Positions 10,275-17,894 of a stretch of DNA of 51,895 nt are shown here, in pieces. Both the position numbers and the translations under genes were made by a program. Source of the stretch: Actinomycetota bacterium (GTDB taxonomy: Bacteria; Actinomycetota; Acidimicrobiia; Acidimicrobiales; CADCSY01); the NCBI GenBank assembly GCA_019348555.1, contig JAHWJH010000001.1:4629-56523 (forward strand), in the 5' to 3' direction. Under the pieces are notes generated by a model. It had not been told where the DNA came from, ran no database searches, and worked only from the letters and a program-made list of their open reading frames with translations. Positions within the stretch are counted from its first letter, which is position 1. Each line of letters begins with the position of its first letter.

Positions 10275-10747
10275 GCACCTACGCGGGAATGGTGCGGGGC
10301 GACGGCGTGCGCGTCGCCGTGGCATGCGCCCGGTTCAACGACCTCGTGACCGAGCGGCTGTTGGCCGGGGCGCGCGACGGCCTGGTCCGCCATGGCGTCG
10401 ACGAGGCGTCGATCGTGGTGGCGTGGGCGCCGGGCGCCTTCGAGCTTCCCCTGGTGGCGCGGCGACTGGCAGCGTCGGGTGAGTTCGACGCCGTCATCGC
10501 CCTCGGAGCGGTCATCCGCGGCTCGACCGACCACCACGAGCACATCGGCGGCCAGTGCGCCGCCGGTCTGCAGCGGGCCGCCCTCGACACCGGCGTGCCC
10601 GTCGCCTTCGCCGTGCTCACCACCGACACCCTCGACCAGGCGCTGGAGCGCGCCGGGGCCAAGGCGGGCAACAAGGGCTACGAGGCCGCCGAGACGGCCT
10701 TGGAGATGGCCGACCTGCTCCGCCAGCTGCCGAAGGGCCGCCCGTGA
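10271..10747 (+). CDS. ribH: 6,7-dimethyl-8-ribityllumazine synthase
   Basis: Motifs are VAVACARFNDLVTERLL, WAPGAFELP, GAVIRGSTDHHE and AGNKGYEAA. Confidence 0.95.
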   Translation: MSTYAGMVRGDGVRVAVACARFNDLVTERLLAGARDGLVRHGVDEASIVVAWAPGAFELPLVARRLAASGEFDAVIALGAVIRGSTDHHEHIGGQCAAGLQRAALDTGVPVAFAVLTTDTLDQALERAGAKAGNKGYEAAETALEMADLLRQLPKGRP

Positions 10748-10808
10748 TGCCCCCCACCACCGCCAACACCACCGCCCTGACCGGCTCCCTCACTGTTCTG
10801 GCCGGCTA

Positions 10809-11684
10809 GTGCTGCGCCTGGTGCTGCCCAAGGGCTCGCTGGAGCGGGCCACCATCGAGCTGTTCGAGGCCGCCGATCTGGCCGTGAGCCGCAGCTCGGC
10901 GGTCGACTACAAGGCGACCATCGCCGATCCGCGCGTCGACGACGTGCGCATCCTGCGGCCCCAGGAGATCCCCAGCTACGTGGCCGAGGGGCTCTACGAC
11001 CTCGGCATCACCGGGCGCGACTGGATCGAGGAGACGGCCAGCGACGTCGTGTCGCTGGGCGAGCTCCACTACTCCAAGGCCACCGCCCGCCCCATCAACG
11101 TCGTGCTGGCGGTGGCCGAGGACGCCCCCTGGTCCAAGGTCGGCGACCTGCCCGCCGGCGTGCGGGTGTCGACCGAGTACCCGGGACTGACCGGCCGCTT
11201 CCTCGCCGAGCACGGGGTGGAGGCCGAGGTCCGCCTGTCGCACGGGGCCACCGAGGCGAAGATCCCCGACATCGCCGACGCCGTGGTCGAGATCACCGAG
11301 ACCGGCAGGGCACTCCGGGCCGCCAAGCTGCGCATCCTCGACACCATCCTGGTGTCGTTCACCGAGCTCATCGCCAACCGCCAGGCCTACGCCGATCCCG
11401 CCAAGCGCCATGCCATGCACCAGCTGCACACCCTGCTCCAGGGCAGCCTGGAGGCCCGAGGCAAGGTGCTGGTCAAGCTCAACGTCGGCGAATCCGACCT
11501 GGAGGCGGTGATCGCTCTGCTGCCGGCCATGAAGGCCCCCACGGTGTCGAAGCTGTTCGGGGCCGACGGCTACGCCGTCGAGACCGTGGTTCCCAAGACC
11601 GACATCAACATCCTCATCCCCGACCTCTTCGACGCCGGCGCCAGCGACATCATCGAGCTCCCCCTCTCCAAGATCGTGCATTGA
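10809..11684 (+). CDS. hisG: ATP phosphoribosyltransferase
   Basis: Motifs are LRLVLPKGSLE, RPQEIPSYVAEGLYDLGITGRDW and ITETGRALRAAKL. About 291 aa from GTG 10809. Confidence 0.9.
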   Translation: MLRLVLPKGSLERATIELFEAADLAVSRSSAVDYKATIADPRVDDVRILRPQEIPSYVAEGLYDLGITGRDWIEETASDVVSLGELHYSKATARPINVVLAVAEDAPWSKVGDLPAGVRVSTEYPGLTGRFLAEHGVEAEVRLSHGATEAKIPDIADAVVEITETGRALRAAKLRILDTILVSFTELIANRQAYADPAKRHAMHQLHTLLQGSLEARGKVLVKLNVGESDLEAVIALLPAMKAPTVSKLFGADGYAVETVVPKTDINILIPDLFDAGASDIIELPLSKIVH

Positions 11685-11714
11685 GGCTTCGCGTGGCCAG
11701 CGGCGAGGGCTGAC

Positions 11715-11999
11715 GTGCAGACCGGGCGGGTGGTCGGCTTCGACGAGCGGCGGGGGTGGGGGACGGTGCGGGGCGGGGACGGCGTCGAGCTGTTCTTCCA
11801 CTGCACGGCCGTGGCCGACGGCAGCCGCACCATCCCGGTGGGGGTGCCTGTCCACTACCAGGTGGTGGCCGGTCACCTGGGGCGCTGGGAGGCCACCGAC
11901 CTGCGCCCGGCTCAGACCCCGCCCGCCGGTGCGGAGTCTCGCTCCACCACGACGAGGTCCTCCGGGCCGCCGGTGAGGTCGACGCCTCCACCGCGGTAG
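11715..11999 (+). CDS. cold-shock-domain-like small protein (degenerate RNP motifs)
   Basis: GRVVGFDERRGWGTVRGGDGVELFFHCTAV follows the CspA layout (GxVxWFxxxKGFGFI...VFVH), but with RGWGTV and LFFHC in place of the RNP motifs. The 3' tail overlaps the convergent permease gene. Confidence 0.45.
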   Translation: MQTGRVVGFDERRGWGTVRGGDGVELFFHCTAVADGSRTIPVGVPVHYQVVAGHLGRWEATDLRPAQTPPAGAESRSTTTRSSGPPVRSTPPPR

Positions 12000-12793
12000 C
12001 GCCGGCGCTGACGCACCTCCAGCCGGCGGGCCACCCGGCTGAGCGCCAGGTTCACGGCGATGTAGATGCCCGCCACCACGACCAGCGACTGCAGGAGGTT
12101 GCCGAACTCCTGACCCGCCAGCTGCCCCCGGCGCAGCAGCTCCTCGTACAGGACGAAGAAGCCCAGCGAGGTGTCCTTCAACAGGGTGATGAGCTGGCTG
12201 ACGATCGCCGGCACCATGCGCCGCAGCGCCTGGGGCACCACCACCAGGCGCAGCGCCTGCCAGTAGCCGAGGCCGACGACGTAGGCAGCCTCGGTCTGGC
12301 CGCGATCGAGCGACAGGATCCCGGCCCGGAAGATCTCCCCGAGCACGGCGCCGTTGTAGAGCGCCAGCGCCAGGACCAGCGTCCACACCAGGGGCAGGTT
12401 GATGCCGTAGGAGCGCAGGCCGTACGCCAGGAAGATCAGCAGCAACAGCAGGGGGAAGGCCCGGAAGAACTGCACCCAGGCGCCGGCGAGCACGCGCAGG
12501 ACCGGCGTGCGGGCCAGTCGGCCCACGGCGAGGACCAGACCCAGGGCCACGGCGCCGACCATCCCGCCTCCGGCGGCGACGACGGTGTTGCGGGCGCCTT
12601 CCAGGAAGAAGCGGATCACCCGGGGGTCGGCCAACGGCTGCCATCGCTCGGCGTCGAGCTGCCCGGCGTCGCCGAGGCGGCGAAGGGCTTCCCACGCCAC
12701 GCCGGCGAGCACCGCCAGCGCCAGCACCGACCACACGGCGACGCGCCGGCGACCCCGGGGCCCGAGAGCGTCGGCGAAGAGCCCGCCGCTCAC
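11912..12793 (-). CDS. gluD: amino-acid ABC transporter permease (GluD-like)
   Basis: Polar amino-acid permease signature is EAAYVVGLGYWQALRLVVVPQALRRMVPAIVSQLITLLKDTSLG. GTG 12793 overlaps the upstream stop (GTGA). Confidence 0.8.
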   Translation of the reverse strand: MSGGLFADALGPRGRRRVAVWSVLALAVLAGVAWEALRRLGDAGQLDAERWQPLADPRVIRFFLEGARNTVVAAGGGMVGAVALGLVLAVGRLARTPVLRVLAGAWVQFFRAFPLLLLLIFLAYGLRSYGINLPLVWTLVLALALYNGAVLGEIFRAGILSLDRGQTEAAYVVGLGYWQALRLVVVPQALRRMVPAIVSQLITLLKDTSLGFFVLYEELLRRGQLAGQEFGNLLQSLVVVAGIYIAVNLALSRVARRLEVRQRRRYRGGGVDLTGGPEDLVVVERDSAPAGGV

Positions 12794-13434
12794 CGCTTCA
12801 CCGCCACCCGTCGTTCGAGTGCGTCGACGGCCACCCCGCTCGGCAGCGTGAGCAGGAAGTAGGCCGTCGCCGCGGTCAAGAAGGCGGTGGTGTAGTCGGC
12901 GGTGCGATTGCCGACCTGGAACATGGTCCCGGTCAGCTCCACCACCCCGATGGTGAAGGCGATCGAGGTGTTCCTGATCAAGGCGATGAACAGGCTGCCG
13001 AGGGGCGCCACCACCGTGCGCAGGGCCTGGGGCACGACCACCAGCCCGAGCACCTGGGTGAAGCCGAGGCCCAGGGCCCGGGCCGCCTCGGCCTGGCCGG
13101 CCGACACCGCGCTGATGCCCGCCCGGACCGTCTCGGCCACGTAGGTCCCGGTGTAGAGCGACAGCACCACCACGGCGGTGGGGAAGGTGGGCAGGGTCAG
13201 ACCGGCGTCGGGAAGCCCGAAGTAGAAGAACACGAACAGCACCGCCAGCGGGCAGTTGCGCACCAGCTGCACGTAGACGGCGCCGGCCGCCCGGAGGGGC
13301 GCCACCGGCCCCACCCGGAAGGCCGCCACGACCACCCCGAGCACCAACGCTCCCGCCCATCCCGCCAGGGTGAGGCTGACGGTGGTGGCCACGCCCGAGC
13401 CGTAGCGGCCCAGGTTGTCGAGGACGACCTCCAT
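12790..13434 (-). CDS. gluC: amino-acid ABC transporter permease (GluC-like)
   Basis: Signature is EAARALGLGFTQVLGLVVVPQALRTVVAPLGSLFIALIRNTSIA. Multi-pass hydrophobic protein of 214 aa. Confidence 0.8.
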   Translation of the reverse strand: MEVVLDNLGRYGSGVATTVSLTLAGWAGALVLGVVVAAFRVGPVAPLRAAGAVYVQLVRNCPLAVLFVFFYFGLPDAGLTLPTFPTAVVVLSLYTGTYVAETVRAGISAVSAGQAEAARALGLGFTQVLGLVVVPQALRTVVAPLGSLFIALIRNTSIAFTIGVVELTGTMFQVGNRTADYTTAFLTAATAYFLLTLPSGVAVDALERRVAVKR

Positions 13435-13456
13435 CGGCCCGGGCGGCGACGGCCGC

Positions 13457-14365
13457 TCAGTACCGGTCGACCTCCGGGGGCTCGGGGATCTCGTCGACGA
13501 ACTGGCCGAGGGTGCGCTCGTAGGCGTCGGCCCACTCGCCGCTGGCGTAGAGGTCCTCGAGGGTGTCGTTGATGAAGTTCCGGAACTCGACGTCGTCCTT
13601 GGGCACGCCGATGCCGTAGGGCTCGGTGGTGAAGGGGTTGCCCACCAGCTCGTACTTGCCGCCGCTCTTCTCGATGAGCCCGAGGAGAATGGTGTTGTCG
13701 GTGGTGACGGCGTCGATCCGCCCGTCGCCCATGGCGTCGGCGCACTTGCTGTACACGTCGAACTCGGTGACCTGGGCCTCAGGAGCCATCGTGCGCACGT
13801 TCTCGACCGAGGTGGAGCCGCCGACCGAGCACACCCGCTTGCCGTTCAGGTCGTCGACGCCCTCGATGCCGAGCGGGTTGCCCGCCGGGACCATGATGTC
13901 CTGGCCGGCGACGTAGTAGGGCCCGGCGAAGCCGACGCGCTCCTTGCGGGCGTCGTTGATGGTGTAGGTGGCGACCACCATGTCGACCTCGCCGTTCTCG
14001 AGCAGTTGCTCGCGCACGGCCGACGGCGACTCGGTGAACTCGACCTCCACTTCGGGGCCGATGGCCTCGGCGATCAGCCGGGCGATCTCGACGTCGAAGC
14101 CCTCGACCTCCCCGGTGGTGGCCCGCTTCAGCCCGAAGCCGGGCTGGTCGAACTTGGTGCCCACCCGCAGGGTGCCGGCCGCCTGGACCTGGGCCATGGT
14201 GGAGCCTTCAGGGTGCTCGGGCGCCTGGGCCGGCGCTCCACCGGCCGCGGTGGTGGTGGTCGTGGCGTCATCGGCGCCACCGCCACAGGCGACCGCCACC
14301 AGGGCCAAGCCCACGGCCATGGCACGAAGCCAGCCGGCGCGGGAGGGGGTGCGGGTGCGGGTCAT
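13457..14365 (-). CDS. gluB: amino-acid (glutamate-type) ABC transporter substrate-binding lipoprotein
   Basis: Signal peptide with lipobox LALVAVAC. Type-3 solute-binding motifs are LRVGTKFDQPGFG and VVATYTINDARKE. Confidence 0.85.
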   Translation of the reverse strand: MTRTRTPSRAGWLRAMAVGLALVAVACGGGADDATTTTTAAGGAPAQAPEHPEGSTMAQVQAAGTLRVGTKFDQPGFGLKRATTGEVEGFDVEIARLIAEAIGPEVEVEFTESPSAVREQLLENGEVDMVVATYTINDARKERVGFAGPYYVAGQDIMVPAGNPLGIEGVDDLNGKRVCSVGGSTSVENVRTMAPEAQVTEFDVYSKCADAMGDGRIDAVTTDNTILLGLIEKSGGKYELVGNPFTTEPYGIGVPKDDVEFRNFINDTLEDLYASGEWADAYERTLGQFVDEIPEPPEVDRY

Positions 14366-14380
14366 GGGGATTCTCCTTCT

Positions 14381-15106
14381 TCAGTGGGCGAGGATCTTGG
14401 ACAGGAAGTCCCGGGCGCGCTGCGACTCGGGATCGGAGAAGAAGCGCTCCGGTGGCGAGACCTCGACGATGCGGCCCTCGTCCATGAACGCCACTCGCTG
14501 GGCCGCCGAGCGAGCGAAGCCCATCTCGTGGGTGACGACGATCATGGTGGTGCCATCGTGGGCCAGCCCGATCATCACATCGAGCACCTCGGCGATCATC
14601 TCCGGGTCGAGGGCTGAGGTGGGCTCGTCGAAGAGCATGAGCTTGGGCTCCATGGCCAGGGCCCGGGCGATGGCGGCCCGCTGTTGCTGGCCGCCGGAGA
14701 GCTCGGCGGGGTAGCGCTGGGCCTTGTCGGCGATGCCCACCCGCTCCAGCAGGGCCATGGCCCGGTCGCGGGCCGCCGCCTTGGACAGGTGCAGCACCTT
14801 CTGGGGCCCGAGGGTGACGTTCTGCAGCACGGTCTTGTGGGCGAAGAGGTTGAACGCCTGGAAGACCATGCCGATCTGCGCCCGCAGGCGGGCGAGCTCG
14901 CGGCCTTCCTCGGGCAAGGTCTTGCCGTCGAAGCGGATGGTGCCGCTGTCGATGGCCTCGAGACGGTTGATGCAGCGGCACAGCGTCGACTTCCCCGACC
15001 CCGACGGCCCGATGACCACCACCACCTCGCCCGTGCCCACGGAGAGGTCGATGTCGCGCAGGACGTGGAGCTGGTCGAACCACTTGTTGACCTTCTCGAG
15101 GACCAC
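14381..15106 (-). CDS. gluA: amino-acid ABC transporter ATP-binding protein
   Basis: Walker A GPSGSGKST, signature LSGGQQQRAAIARAL, Walker B LMLFDEPTSALD, and a C-terminus RARDFLSKILAH typical of GluA/GlnQ. The start was chosen at GTG 15106 by length expectation; GTG 15169 is also in frame. Confidence 0.9.
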   Translation of the reverse strand: MVLEKVNKWFDQLHVLRDIDLSVGTGEVVVVIGPSGSGKSTLCRCINRLEAIDSGTIRFDGKTLPEEGRELARLRAQIGMVFQAFNLFAHKTVLQNVTLGPQKVLHLSKAAARDRAMALLERVGIADKAQRYPAELSGGQQQRAAIARALAMEPKLMLFDEPTSALDPEMIAEVLDVMIGLAHDGTTMIVVTHEMGFARSAAQRVAFMDEGRIVEVSPPERFFSDPESQRARDFLSKILAH

Positions 15107-15182
15107 GATCGGCGTGCCCGTCGTCCACCCCCCGGCTCGACGTGGGCCGCACGCTACCCGTGCGGGCACGCCCGCGGGGAGC

Positions 15183-15605
15183 TCAGGTGGTGGAAGATCC
15201 TCCGGGAGCGTTCAGCTGGACGAAGGCCATCCTCAGCTGGGCGAGCCCGTCGCGCAGTGGCTGCTCCTCGTCGCCCAGGCGTCCGGCCATGCCCTCGACG
15301 AGCGCAGCCATGGCGTCGATGGCGAGACGGCCCTCGGCCAGGTTGGGGGGCTGACGGTTCAGGTGGATGGCCGCCAACTGGAACAGGCCCACGGCATGGT
15401 TGGCGATCACCACCGATGCCGGCGTGGCGGCGACCTCCTCCTGCATGGCCGCCAGCTCGGCTTCGAGCTGCGCCTGTTGCTCCGGCGACAACTCACTCCG
15501 GTCGCCGGTGGCGCCGCCCGGCGACGGGCTGGCCTCGGCCGGCTCGGGCGCCGACGACTTGGGCGAGACCGGGCGCTCCCCGCCGGGTGTCCAGATCGAG
15601 CTCAT
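15183..15605 (-). CDS. DUF1844-like protein
   Basis: Core VIANHAVGLFQLAAIHLNRQPPNLAEGRLAIDAMAALVEGMAGRL resembles DUF1844, recalled as lying beside infC in Actinobacteria. Low-complexity N-terminus. Confidence 0.65.
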   Translation of the reverse strand: MSSIWTPGGERPVSPKSSAPEPAEASPSPGGATGDRSELSPEQQAQLEAELAAMQEEVAATPASVVIANHAVGLFQLAAIHLNRQPPNLAEGRLAIDAMAALVEGMAGRLGDEEQPLRDGLAQLRMAFVQLNAPGGSSTT

Positions 15606-15746
15606 GGTGGTACCCTAACGGGACAACCAGCCAAGAAGCGGGCCCGCTCCTGACGGTTTTCGCCGCCGGGAGGTGCCCCACCCGCCTACCGGTCGCGACC
15701 GAGTACGTCGGGTCCTGCTCCGCGTAGGCCCGGTGGGTCGACGCCA

Positions 15747-15775
15747 GGCGGGCGTCGCTTCTTCCGACGCCCGCC
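15747..15775 (+). promoter_or_regulatory. perfect 11-bp GC stem-loop in the infC 5' leader
   Basis: GGCGGGCGTCG-cttcttc-CGACGCCCGCC, 42 nt upstream of the proposed infC start. No following T-run. Confidence 0.3.
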
Positions 15776-15816
15776 GCTTCGCGTCCGGGCCGACCGTCTC
15801 CCGGGAGGGATGCCCG

Positions 15817-16506
15817 ATAACCACCGCAGACAGCAACGAGCTACGAATCAACGACCGGATCCGGGCCCGGGAGGTTCGCCTGGTCTCGGCGGAGGGCGAG
15901 CAGATCGGGATTCGGCCGCTGCCCGACGCCCTGGCCATGGCCCGAGACCTCGATCTGGACCTCGTGGAGATCGCCCCCCAGGCCGTGCCGCCTGTCTGCA
16001 AGATCATGGACTTCGGCAAGTACAAGTACGAAGCCGCCCAGAAGGCGAAGGAGTCCCGACGCAAGACCAGCCAGATCTCCATCAAGGAGATGAAGTACCG
16101 GGTGAAGATCGGCAAGGGCGACTTCGACACCAAGACCAGCAAGGTCCAGCACTTCCTGGAAGAAGGCCACAAGGTGAAGATCACGATCATGTTCAGGGGT
16201 CGGGAGGTCCACCACCCCGAGCTCGGCATGCGCATCCTCGACCGGGTCGCCGAGCACAACGGCCACCTCGCCAAGGTGGAGGCCTCACCCAAGCTCGACG
16301 GCCGGAACATGACCATGGTGCTCGCCCCCGACAAGCGGATACAGGCCGCCGCCGAGGCGGCCCGCAAGAAGGTTGCCGCCGACGAGCGTGTCGCCGAGCG
16401 AAACGGCGGTGCGCTGCCGGCGGTCGACGTGGCGCCACCGACGACGCCGGCACCGACCCAACAGACCACGCCGGTCGGCGCCGGCGACGAAGCCAGGGAG
16501 AGCTGA
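15817..16506 (+). CDS. infC: translation initiation factor IF-3
   Basis: Motifs are [49 protein letters not shown] and [17 protein letters not shown]. The proposed start is a non-canonical ATA at 15817, 7 nt after GGGAGGGA. It carries a long Ala/Pro-rich C-terminal tail. Confidence 0.9.
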   Translation: MTTADSNELRINDRIRAREVRLVSAEGEQIGIRPLPDALAMARDLDLDLVEIAPQAVPPVCKIMDFGKYKYEAAQKAKESRRKTSQISIKEMKYRVKIGKGDFDTKTSKVQHFLEEGHKVKITIMFRGREVHHPELGMRILDRVAEHNGHLAKVEASPKLDGRNMTMVLAPDKRIQAAAEAARKKVAADERVAERNGGALPAVDVAPPTTPAPTQQTTPVGAGDEARES

Positions 16507-16507
16507 C

Positions 16508-16705
16508 GTGCCGAAGATGAAGACGCATCGGGGTGCTGCCAAGCGGTTCAAGGTGACCGGCACCGGAAAGCTCGTCCGCCGCCAGGTCGGCATGAACCAC
16601 ATCCTCGAGAAGAAGCCCTCCAAGCGCACTCGGCGCCTCAAGCGTGACGTCACCATGGCCGGCGGCGACCGGCGCCAGGCCAACCGCCTCCTCGGCCGGG
16701 CCTGA
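16508..16705 (+). CDS. rpmI: 50S ribosomal protein L35
   Basis: Starts [21 protein letters not shown]. 65 aa. Confidence 0.95.
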   Translation: MPKMKTHRGAAKRFKVTGTGKLVRRQVGMNHILEKKPSKRTRRLKRDVTMAGGDRRQANRLLGRA

Positions 16706-16720
16706 GTCGAAAGGAACCCC

Positions 16721-17098
16721 ATGGCCAGAGTGAAGAGAGCCGTCAACGCCAAGAAGCACCGCCGCGCCATCCTGGAGCAGGCGCAGGGCTACTACGGCAA
16801 CAAGAGCCGCAGCTACCGCGCCGCCAACGAACAGGTCATGCACTCCCTGCGCTATGCCTACCGCGACCGGCGGGCCCGCAAGGGAGACTTCCGCAAGCTG
16901 TGGATCCAGCGCATCAACGCCGCCGCCCGGGAGCATGGCACCACCTACAGCCGGTTGATCGACGGACTGCACCGGGCAGGCGTGACCGTCGACCGCAAGA
17001 TCCTGGCCGACCTGGCGGTGCGCGACGCCGCCGCGTTCGCCACGCTGGTCGAGGTGGCCGCCGCGGCACCGTCGGCCCCCTCCGGCGCCGACGGCTGA
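16721..17098 (+). CDS. rplT: 50S ribosomal protein L20
   Basis: Starts [26 protein letters not shown] and contains [26 protein letters not shown]. Confidence 0.95.
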   Translation: MARVKRAVNAKKHRRAILEQAQGYYGNKSRSYRAANEQVMHSLRYAYRDRRARKGDFRKLWIQRINAAAREHGTTYSRLIDGLHRAGVTVDRKILADLAVRDAAAFATLVEVAAAAPSAPSGADG

Positions 17099-17147
17099 GC
17101 CGGGCCCCCTCGGGGCCCGTCACCAGAAGGTCCAACGACTGCGCCGG

Positions 17148-17894
17148 TTGATGGCGCGGCGCAGTGTGCGTGCCACCGAGGGCGCGTTCGTGCTCGAGGG
17201 CGAGACGCTCGTCGATGAGGCCCTGGCCGCCGGCGTGGTGCTCGAGGCGGTGTTCGTCGACCCCGTCGCCGGTGCCGGCCTGCCCGTCGTGGCCCGGGCT
17301 GCGGCCCGGGGGGTGCGGGTCCACGATCTGGCGCCGGGGGTCCTCGAGCGGGTGGCCGGCACGGTCACGCCTCAGCCCGTGCTCGCCATCGCCCCCATCC
17401 CCGACGTGGCACTCGACGTGGTGGCCGATGCCACCCTGGTCGTCGTCTGCGTCGACGTGCGAGACCCCGGCAACGCCGGAAGCGTCCTGCGCAGTGCCGA
17501 GGCAGCAGGAGCCGGAGCGGTAGTCTTTTGCCGAGGCTCCGTGGACGTGTACAACCCCAAGACCGTCCGCTCGTCTGCGGGCTCGCTGTTCCATGTCCCG
17601 GTCGTGTCGGGAGGCGATCCGGTTGAGGTGCTCCAACGCATGGGCGACTGGGGGCTCCGCCGGTGCGCGGCCGTGGCCAGGGGTGGGCGCCCCTACGACG
17701 ACGTCGACCTCACCGGTCCGGTCGCCGTGGTGGTCGGCAACGAGGCCAACGGCCTGCCGGCCGCCCTGGAGGCCCACATCGACGTCGCCGCCACCATCCC
17801 GATGGTCGGGCGAACCGAGTCGCTCAACGTGGGCGTGGCGGCAGCGTTGATCTGCTTCGAGGCACTGCGCCAACGCCGACGGTCGGCGACGTGA
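17148..17894 (+). CDS. TrmH-family RNA methyltransferase
   Basis: Motifs are DPGNAGSVLRSAEAAGA, VVVGNEANGLP and MVGRTESLNVGVAAALICFE. The in-frame sequence just upstream (HQKVQRLRRL) looks like the conserved family N-terminus, so the true start may be a non-canonical codon near 17118-17139. Confidence 0.8.
   Translation: MMARRSVRATEGAFVLEGETLVDEALAAGVVLEAVFVDPVAGAGLPVVARAAARGVRVHDLAPGVLERVAGTVTPQPVLAIAPIPDVALDVVADATLVVVCVDVRDPGNAGSVLRSAEAAGAGAVVFCRGSVDVYNPKTVRSSAGSLFHVPVVSGGDPVEVLQRMGDWGLRRCAAVARGGRPYDDVDLTGPVAVVVGNEANGLPAALEAHIDVAATIPMVGRTESLNVGVAAALICFEALRQRRRSAT

Noticed and set aside
10806-12734. 642-aa minus-strand ORF.
   Set aside because: It overlaps hisG (opposite strand) and gluD (same strand, different frame), both well supported. 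The product is a low-complexity Arg/Gly/Pro run.
15673-15816. N-terminal extension of infC from GTG 15673.
   Set aside because: The 48 extra residues are Arg/Gly/Val-rich and unlike IF-3. A Shine-Dalgarno sequence precedes ATA 15817, where homology begins.
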